From assembly GCA_964475445.1 (NCBI GenBank), contig CAYYWU010000003.1, positions 7,269 through 71,268 on the forward strand: a stretch of 64,000 nucleotides of DNA, in the 5' to 3' direction. The position numbers were made by a program, and so were the translations under genes. A model generated the notes under the pieces. It did no database searches and was not told where the DNA came from. It saw nothing but the letters and a program-made list of their open reading frames with translations. This DNA comes from an uncultured Candidatus Saccharibacteria bacterium. GTDB lineage: Bacteria > Patescibacteriota > Saccharimonadia > Saccharimonadales > Saccharimonadaceae. Below are positions 48,777 through 55,420 of the stretch, piece after piece (the stretch's first letter is position 1; each line of letters starts with the position of its first letter).

Positions 48777-49993
48777 ATCGGCGACGTCTACGACAAATTG
48801 TCCTGCCAATCGTGCTAGTTATGTTAGTGGCCAGTATTTTGGTGACAATTTTCAGTTGCACATTTAGAAAAAATTATCAAGCACAAGTGAATCAAGAAGT
48901 TGCCCAAATTATCGGCGCGGTAGCGGAAACCGATCCCACAATTGACACGGAAACTATTATTCGCGCTCTGCGGAGCGATAATTCGGCAGCATTACAAACA
49001 GGCGAGGCCATTCTCCGCCAATACGGTTTGATGCCAGGAGATTATGCAACCGCAAGTTCTCAGACTTTTACCCTGCAAATGCTCGGCCTAGCGCTTATTA
49101 TAATAGCGACAATTGCGCTAGTTTTGATTAGTTACTTTTGGTGGTTGGATTATCGTCGCCAGCGCAATCTGAACAACCTTGTCACTTATATGCAGGCGCT
49201 TAGTGAGCGCGTGTATAATTTACGCTTAGAAGAAAATCGTGAGGACGAACTATCTCTGCTAACCAACGAATTATATAAGATTACCGTGACGCTCAAAGAG
49301 GCTGCTGAACAAAATCAATCCCGTAGCCAAAGTCTCGAAACGGCTTTGGCTGACATTTCGCATCAGTTACGTACACCGCTGACGTCTTTGCAAGTGGTTT
49401 TGGACAATATTTATGACGATCCAACAATGCCAGCGGAAATTCGCCAAGACTTTTTGCGTTCTGCTAGCCGCCAAGTCACCGTCATGTCCGAGCTGGTCAC
49501 AACTTTGCTCAATCTTGCTAAATTCGACAATGGGTCAATTCAACTCCACCCACGTACCGTAAAGGTTTGCGAGCTATTTAACCAAGTACAGCAAAACCTC
49601 GAGGTTTTGGCCGACCTCCAAGATGTTAAACTGGAGGTCGTAGGTAGCTTAGATGCTAAAGTTGAGCTTGACTTACGTTGGCAGACCGAAGCCCTGACGA
49701 ATATTGTTAAAAACTGCATTGAGCATAGTCGCCCAGGCAGCAAAGTGATTTTGCGCGCTGAGGACTGTCCGCTATATCTCAAAATTACCATCCAGGATTT
49801 TGGTGAGGGCATCGCTGCGCAAGACTTACATCATATTTTTGAACGTTTTTATAAAGCCCAAAATGCCGCCGCAGCCAGTGTTGGTATTGGACTGGCTTTT
49901 GCAAAAGCCATCATTGAGGCTAGCAATGGCCAAGTCTCTGCCAAATCTGATCTAGGAACCGGAACCAAGTTTACGATTACTTATTTTAAATAG
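48773..49993 (+). CDS. Sensor histidine kinase
   Basis: SHQLRTPLT, NIVKNCIEH, DFGEGI and GIGL motifs; two TM helices. Confidence 0.93.
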   Translation: MNRRRLRQIVLPIVLVMLVASILVTIFSCTFRKNYQAQVNQEVAQIIGAVAETDPTIDTETIIRALRSDNSAALQTGEAILRQYGLMPGDYATASSQTFTLQMLGLALIIIATIALVLISYFWWLDYRRQRNLNNLVTYMQALSERVYNLRLEENREDELSLLTNELYKITVTLKEAAEQNQSRSQSLETALADISHQLRTPLTSLQVVLDNIYDDPTMPAEIRQDFLRSASRQVTVMSELVTTLLNLAKFDNGSIQLHPRTVKVCELFNQVQQNLEVLADLQDVKLEVVGSLDAKVELDLRWQTEALTNIVKNCIEHSRPGSKVILRAEDCPLYLKITIQDFGEGIAAQDLHHIFERFYKAQNAAAASVGIGLAFAKAIIEASNGQVSAKSDLGTGTKFTITYFK

Positions 49994-50013
49994 GGCCGTA
50001 TGGTATAATTGAA

Positions 50014-50170
50014 GTGTCAAAGTTATAAAATCCAAGCAGTAAGCTAAGTGATAAGTTTGCGGAACTTTATCGCACGATAGAACGGCACCGTGTGTCGATT
50101 GGCGTGCGAACCCCGTATGCTTATCGCTTGGATCGACTTTGACACCGATTGCACGGTGTCGTTTTGTTTC
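50014..50170 (+). ncRNA. Candidate cis-regulatory leader RNA (attenuator/riboswitch-like)
   Basis: TGnTATAAT at 50001-50009; long basal stem; terminator 50141-50169 overlapping the stem; alternative 11-bp pairing. Confidence 0.55.
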
Positions 50171-50212
50171 TCACGAATCTAGGTCGATACTGCTCTAAAA
50201 GCAAGGAGCAAT

Positions 50213-50620
50213 ATGGAGGAAGTTTTTAACTATCTCAAAGCCCTAGATGTCAACTTCTTAGCCACTAGAAATGGCACAGGTGTCAGTTGTCGTCCGTTCG
50301 GCGACCCAGTGAAATTCGATGGTAAGATTTATATGCTAACGCACGCCGAAAAAGATGTTGCGAAGCAACTCGCCGAGAACAATCAGGTTTGTATCGTAGC
50401 TTATAACTCAGAAAAAGAGAATTGGCTACGAGTTTTTTGTGAAGTGATTGACGATAGCGATAATACCGCAGCCAAACAAGCCATCATTGACGAGTTCGAC
50501 TGGGCGGAGGAAGCTGGTTACACCTTAGATAATCCAAGTTTCAAATGCTACTATCTCGCAAATGCTAAAGCTGAAGTTCGCGATAGTGAGGGAAAGGTGT
50601 TGGCGAGTTATGAGTTCTAA
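50213..50620 (+). CDS. Pyridoxamine 5'-phosphate oxidase-like (split-barrel flavin-binding) protein
   Basis: FLAT...CRPF, KDVAKQLAENNQV and WLRV motifs. Confidence 0.75.
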   Translation: MEEVFNYLKALDVNFLATRNGTGVSCRPFGDPVKFDGKIYMLTHAEKDVAKQLAENNQVCIVAYNSEKENWLRVFCEVIDDSDNTAAKQAIIDEFDWAEEAGYTLDNPSFKCYYLANAKAEVRDSEGKVLASYEF

Positions 50621-50641
50621 TAAAAATAGGAAAGGAATCTC

Positions 50642-50930
50642 ATGAAAATTTGCATTTGTTGTAGCCTGAGTTTTGGCGATGAAGTTCGTCAAATCGCCGA
50701 ACAGCTAGAAAAAGCAGGACACGAAGTTTTGTTGCCGAATGGAGTGATTCATAGATTAAACGAACAGCCTGATTTTGACCCCATAAAAGCCAAACTTGAA
50801 ACCGACCCCTATCATAAGCACACTGACAAAATCCGTGAATCCGTTACCCGACATGCCATATATTAACGATGAGATTAATGCTTTCGAAGCCAAAATCTTG
50901 AATGGTGATTTAGGTAAAATAGCAAAATAG
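50642..50930 (+). pseudogene. Frameshifted gene with an apparent internal deletion (MKIxIC family)
   Basis: Frame 1 stops at 50866; the expected C-terminus NPLPDMPYINDEINAFEAKILNGDLGKIAK* is in another frame. Confidence 0.6.
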
Positions 50931-50936
50931 CAACAT

Positions 50937-51170
50937 TCCATTATACTTTGTGCGCAGCGGAGTCGTCGGTATTAACAGCGGCCGCTTGTGGGACGCAGGC
51001 CTCACCGGCTACGGCTGGCCGTCTACAGCCGCTGTTTATACTAATGCTACTACAGCTATTGCGTACTACCTCGTCTTCAATACTACGGATGTCAACCCGT
51101 CGAGCGGCCCGAACCATCGTTGGAACGGTTTCCCCCTCCGCTGCCTGGCAGACTAGTTATATATAGTGAG
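50937..51170 (+). pseudogene. Silent variable cassette E
   Basis: PLYFVRSG...RWNGFPLRCLAD*; medium 5' arm, long 3' arm. Confidence 0.8.
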
Positions 51171-51409
51171 AAGCCTGTAGGCAGCGGAGGGGGAAACCGT
51201 TCCAGCGTCTATATGGACTAAAGGATGGGCTGACGTCAGTGTTTGTAAAGTCCAGAAAGTGCATAGTAGCTTCGGCAGAACTAGTATATGAAGCTGCTGA
51301 TGATGACATATAAAGACCATTGACTCCAGTATAGCTAAGTTCACCTTCTTTAATAATAACTCGCCCGCTGCGCACAAAGTAAACGAAAGCTTTAGCTATA
51401 TTGTAGCCT
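51157..51409 (-). pseudogene. Silent variable cassette F (divergent interior), tail-to-tail with E
   Basis: GYNIAKAFVYFVRSG...RWNGFPLRCL; long 5' arm, short 3' arm. Confidence 0.78.
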
Positions 51410-51719
51410 TAGCTGGCTTCTGCGCCAAAACATGATAATGCCAAGATTCAAAAACCTTTACCTCATGAGGCTTTTGCACAAAAGTCTCTATTTGTTTCAT
51501 GCTAATCATATTAAATTGCGCAAACAATTCGCGTATCAATTCGTCATCAGCATAAAAGTGTGGGACATTATTTTCTGGGCCATCCTCTTGACGGAGCTTA
51601 GTATTCTCGTCAACTATTGGCCGCCTCCCCAGTCCCAACTTTTGGATTTTATCATAGGCTCTCCTTTGGACAATTATAACATGGCGATGAGAATGCATGA
51701 AAGGCGGCAGGAAGGTCAA
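51396..51719 (-). pseudogene. Probable C-terminal remnant of a SAM-dependent methyltransferase
   Basis: DGPENNVPHFY and WHYHVLAQKP resemble class I MTase C-termini; no SAM-binding N-terminus; 3' end runs into the cassette F arm. Confidence 0.4.
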
Positions 51720-51786
51720 GTTTTATAAATGTCGGCAGGAAGAAAGTCGGCAGGAAAATCAATTCTTTTTGCTGCGGTCGGCAGGA
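51703..51786. repeat. Short copies of the tRNA-Gln 3' segment
   Basis: GTCGGCAGGA at 51731, 51746 and 51777, one imperfect copy at 51703; same 10-mer in the tRNA at 51886. Confidence 0.75.
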
Positions 51787-51840
51787 AAAGTCAATCTCGC
51801 TACGCTCGATAACGAACCGAAGCGAACGTGTCATGCTATC

Positions 51841-51881
51841 CCATAGAATAAACTAGACATAAAGTCTAGTTTATTCTATGG
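51841..51881. repeat. Perfect 18-bp hairpin starting at the tRNA-Gln CCA end
   Basis: CCATAGAATAAACTAGAC-ATAAA-GTCTAGTTTATTCTATGG. Confidence 0.9.
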
Positions 51882-51953
51882 CTGGGTCGGCAGGATTCGA
51901 ACCTGCGAATGCTGGGACCAAAACCCAGTGCCTTACCACTTGGCGACGACCCA
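51879..51953 (-). tRNA. tRNA-Gln(TTG)
   Basis: TGGGTCG/CGACCCA acceptor stem; CTGGG-TT-TTG-GT-CCCAG anticodon arm; GGTTCGAAT T-loop; CCA end. Confidence 0.96.
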
Positions 51954-52033
51954 TCGTCGTCCTCGTTTTAGCTCGCGCTGTACCTAGAAGACATCACTAC
52001 CCTCCAACGCTCTCATTATAGCACGAAACTTCG

Positions 52034-53146
52034 TTACTGGCTAGCGTGGTTTTCGTCAGCCAGCTTGCTAGCTTCGCGCAAGCTTGGCAGTTCCTCAAAC
52101 ACCACCTTAATACAACCAGCAATCGGAATTGCAATAATTGCCCCAACAAAACCAAACAAGTTCATACCAATAATAATCGCAACCAGGATCATCGTTGCTG
52201 GCAGATTCATGGCACCACTTTGAATCTTTGGCGCAATCAGATTGTTTTCGATCTGTGCGTAGACAATATAAAACACCAAGAAAATTGCCGCTGCCACGGG
52301 CGAGCTAAATAGCAGTACTAGCGTAATCAATCCGCAGCTAATAATCGGTCCAAACATTGGAATGAGGTAGAAGACAAACGCTAAGAGCCCCATCGGCAAA
52401 GCCAGATTGCCCGAGAAACCGCAAACTAGCGCTAGTAGCAGAACTGCAATCGTTACCACGCAGCCGTCAAGGAGTGCCACCATCACTTGATGCGATACGT
52501 ACGACGCCACCACATCCACCATGCGCTGTACCAAGCGTTTATAAGCTCGCACTAAGCGGTTCTCGCGCTTACCCTCGATTGCTGACCAGCAGGAATCGAC
52601 AATCGACGGCCCCTCCAGCGAGAAGAACAAAGTCAAAACGATCGTCAAAATCACATTTGTTACCACTTGCGCGATTGTACCCACGCTCATCACTAGAATA
52701 TTACCCAGATTCGAAACAAAACTGCTCGAAAAACTCTGAATCGCATTCATAATTTCACCCTGCAAATTTTCCACCCCCACGCGACGTCCAAAATCATTAA
52801 TTCCGTCCCAACCGCCCAGAGTATGTTCAAAGGTCGCCGGCAGTTGCTGTACAAATTGCGAGGTTTGCTCAATCACTACTGGTCCTACCACTGCCAAAAT
52901 CACTACTAAGACCCCAATCACTAACGCGTAGGCAATCACTGACGAGGCTGTCGAGCGGGTTTTACCCATTAAGTGGCTAATACGGCGTGCCAAAGGCCGG
53001 ATGGCAATGGTTAAAAACAGCGCAATCCCGATAATAATCAGTGATGCCCAAGCCTTCCAGACGAATAACGCGGCTAGCCCAAAACCCAAGATTACCAGCC
53101 AGAAACGCACAAACGTTTTTGTATCGACTTCAATTGCCTTGCTCAC
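52034..53146 (-). CDS. AI-2E family (PerM/UPF0118) transporter
   Basis: IPMFGP, QIENNLIAPKI and GAIIAIP motifs. Confidence 0.9.
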   Translation of the reverse strand: MSKAIEVDTKTFVRFWLVILGFGLAALFVWKAWASLIIIGIALFLTIAIRPLARRISHLMGKTRSTASSVIAYALVIGVLVVILAVVGPVVIEQTSQFVQQLPATFEHTLGGWDGINDFGRRVGVENLQGEIMNAIQSFSSSFVSNLGNILVMSVGTIAQVVTNVILTIVLTLFFSLEGPSIVDSCWSAIEGKRENRLVRAYKRLVQRMVDVVASYVSHQVMVALLDGCVVTIAVLLLALVCGFSGNLALPMGLLAFVFYLIPMFGPIISCGLITLVLLFSSPVAAAIFLVFYIVYAQIENNLIAPKIQSGAMNLPATMILVAIIIGMNLFGFVGAIIAIPIAGCIKVVFEELPSLREASKLADENHASQ

Positions 53147-53163
53147 AAAACCTCCTCTTTACT

Positions 53164-54405
53164 TTATTCTAACACGCTAGTGTCATAATATCTAGATAGA
53201 AACTCTTTCCTGAGTTCTTCAAAATAATCCCCCAACATCGCTGCCCGAATTTCTTCCGTCAGGCGCACGATGAAGCGCAAGTTGTGTATCGAAGCTAAAT
53301 TATAATATTTACGCTTTTTCTCAGCGTTGCCAGAACGCCACAGCGCTCTGAGGCTCCCTCGCGTCCAACCTGCTTGGCAGGTAGCGCAATCACATCCCTG
53401 ATCCAACGGCTCGCCTGACTCGCTCATTTTGCGCAAATTAATGCTGCCATCACGCGTATAGATCTTGCCGTGCCGCGCCTCGCGCATTGGCGCCACGCAA
53501 TCAAACGTATCTGCCCCCATGGCCGCCCCCACAAAGATATCATCCGGATGTGACAACCCTAATAAATGTCGTGGCTTTTCCGCTGGTAATTCTTCGTCAC
53601 ACCAACGCAAAATCTCCCCCAAATCTTCTTTCAGGAACGCACCCCCGAGCCCAAAACCATCAAACCCTACGCCATCAACTTGCATGTTCGCCAAAGTTTT
53701 GGCTGTTTGTCGGCGTAAATCTTCCCAGCGTCCGCCCTGTAAAACGCCATAAAGATTCTGGCGGTATCCGAGATCATCACGGTGCTTGAGATGCTCACGC
53801 AAACTCCGCTCCGCCCACCGCTCCGTCCGCGCCATCGCTTCAATATTATATTCATAAGTATCCGCCAGGGAAGTCAGCTCATCAAACGCCATATGGATAT
53901 CGGCCCCAATCTGGCACTGAATCTGCATTGACTCTTCCGGTCCGATAAAGTCTGGTTCACCGTCAAACGGATCAATGAAACTTACACCTTTTTCGGTCAC
54001 CGTCGCCAAACGTTCTTTGTGTGCGGTATTATGGACTTCATCTACGCGCTCCATCGCCACCACTTTGCCGAGACCTGATCCTAGCGACATCACCTGAAAA
54101 CCACCGCTATCAGTCAACGTCGGACCTTGCCAAGCTAAGTTTTCTATCCCATCAGCTCGTTCCGGCTCCCAATCCGCTAGACCTCCAAGCTTAGCAATCT
54201 CCGGCGCTAGCCGGCGCAAATGATAACCGTTTGACAGCATCGCTTGCGCGCCCAAATTATGCAAATCCGCACTCGAGAGAAAGCGCACATACCCGTGCGT
54301 GCCCACCGCCATAAAGGCCGGCGTTTTAATCTCGCCATGCGCAGTCTTGATCGTCCCCACGCGTCCCAAGCCATTCGGCAGCACTTTCTCAATCGTAAAT
54401 TCCAT
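53164..54405 (-). CDS. tgt: tRNA-guanine transglycosylase
   Basis: TPAFMAVGT, DSGGFQ, GVLQGG, HLLG, FDCV and CDCATC motifs; start MEFTIE at 54405. Confidence 0.95.
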   Translation of the reverse strand: MEFTIEKVLPNGLGRVGTIKTAHGEIKTPAFMAVGTHGYVRFLSSADLHNLGAQAMLSNGYHLRRLAPEIAKLGGLADWEPERADGIENLAWQGPTLTDSGGFQVMSLGSGLGKVVAMERVDEVHNTAHKERLATVTEKGVSFIDPFDGEPDFIGPEESMQIQCQIGADIHMAFDELTSLADTYEYNIEAMARTERWAERSLREHLKHRDDLGYRQNLYGVLQGGRWEDLRRQTAKTLANMQVDGVGFDGFGLGGAFLKEDLGEILRWCDEELPAEKPRHLLGLSHPDDIFVGAAMGADTFDCVAPMREARHGKIYTRDGSINLRKMSESGEPLDQGCDCATCQAGWTRGSLRALWRSGNAEKKRKYYNLASIHNLRFIVRLTEEIRAAMLGDYFEELRKEFLSRYYDTSVLE

Positions 54406-54420
54406 ATAATATATTATAAC

Positions 54421-54448
54421 ATAAAAAATCCCTGCTCGCGTGGCAGGG
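54421..54448 (-). terminator. Intrinsic terminator between yhhQ and tgt
   Basis: CCCTGC / GCAGGG stem followed by TTTTTT on the minus strand. Confidence 0.7.
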
Positions 54449-54491
54449 AAACGGGTAATAATGTGTGGGGGAGGACCAGATGTTGATAGTT

Positions 54492-55241
54492 TCAAGGTAT
54501 AAACTCGCGGCCGCCATAATATAATAAACGATACTTTAACTTATGCGCTGCCCATTTGCCAATCGTTAGAGTCATCGCTAACTCAATTACACAACCAGCA
54601 ACATAGGCGAATAAAGCTTGTTTACAGAATTCTTCTACAGACAATATCCCGAAGAAGGCTAGCAGTTCAAACAACAAGACATCCGGTATGCGTCCGACAC
54701 ATGACGAAACGAAAGCTCGGAATGAGAAGCTATCGTCGTCCTCGGAATCATGGTTAACATCACCTAAAAAATCTTCTGACATCTGTAGGTGCGCTTTTAC
54801 CGCATCAAAGACGAAGTTGTTTATGAGTTGGCTTACCAGGAAGCCAATCACGCTCGCCAAAAATATGCGTCCAGTGGCCCCCTGGACGACAGCGAAACTT
54901 TCGCTGTCGGTACCGGGATAAACTGGCAAAAACGTGATACCCCAGAATATTAACATGACAGCGCAAGCCGCGACTGCCGTCCAGAGTGAGACTAAGTTTG
55001 CCATACGTTTGCCGTAAACCGCCACCAGTAAATCGCCTACCAAATAGGAAATTGGGAATAAAAAAATTCCCGCGTCCACTGGGATGTCTCCGAGCGACCA
55101 AATTCGTAGCGCCGCCAGATTGGAAACAATCAGAACTGTGCCCATAATCACTGAGAAAATCGCCAGCCATTTCATTGCGGTATACTCCAACGCATCCGGC
55201 ACATCGTCCATTCCGAAAAACTTAAGCAAGAACGCCTTCAT
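54492..55241 (-). CDS. yhhQ: VUT-family (YhhQ/DUF165) queuosine precursor transporter
   Basis: SNLAA, FPISYLVGDLLVAVYG and ASVIGFLVSQ motifs; adjacent to tgt. Confidence 0.82.
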   Translation of the reverse strand: MKAFLLKFFGMDDVPDALEYTAMKWLAIFSVIMGTVLIVSNLAALRIWSLGDIPVDAGIFLFPISYLVGDLLVAVYGKRMANLVSLWTAVAACAVMLIFWGITFLPVYPGTDSESFAVVQGATGRIFLASVIGFLVSQLINNFVFDAVKAHLQMSEDFLGDVNHDSEDDDSFSFRAFVSSCVGRIPDVLLFELLAFFGILSVEEFCKQALFAYVAGCVIELAMTLTIGKWAAHKLKYRLLYYGGREFIP

Positions 55242-55295
55242 TTTACATCCTCCTCTCTTAAGGTCCAACCCCATATCACATCACCCTATCTTCTC

Positions 55296-55324
55296 ATTAT
55301 AGCACACTTTATTGAAAAAGTCAA
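55296..55324 (-). promoter_or_regulatory. Sigma70 promoter of yhhQ
   Basis: TTGACT-17 bp-TATAAT with TG extension. Confidence 0.7.
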
Positions 55325-55420
55325 TAATAAAAATAGTCCTAGAGAAGATACTGTGTTTTTCACAACCAAATTAGCAATTAACAGTTGACAGTGCTAAAAA
55401 TTAGCGCTATCATAGGATAC

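Noticed and set aside
30301-51409. CRISPR array or classical contiguous shufflon
   Set aside because: Units are about 200 bp, homologous to each other, irregularly spaced over 21 kb, with no cas gene, recombinase or constant gene adjacent in the window. Recombinase action in trans is not excluded.
54405-55324. preQ1 riboswitch upstream of yhhQ or tgt
   Set aside because: No recognisable preQ1 pseudoknot or A-rich tail by eye; only a promoter and a terminator are evident.
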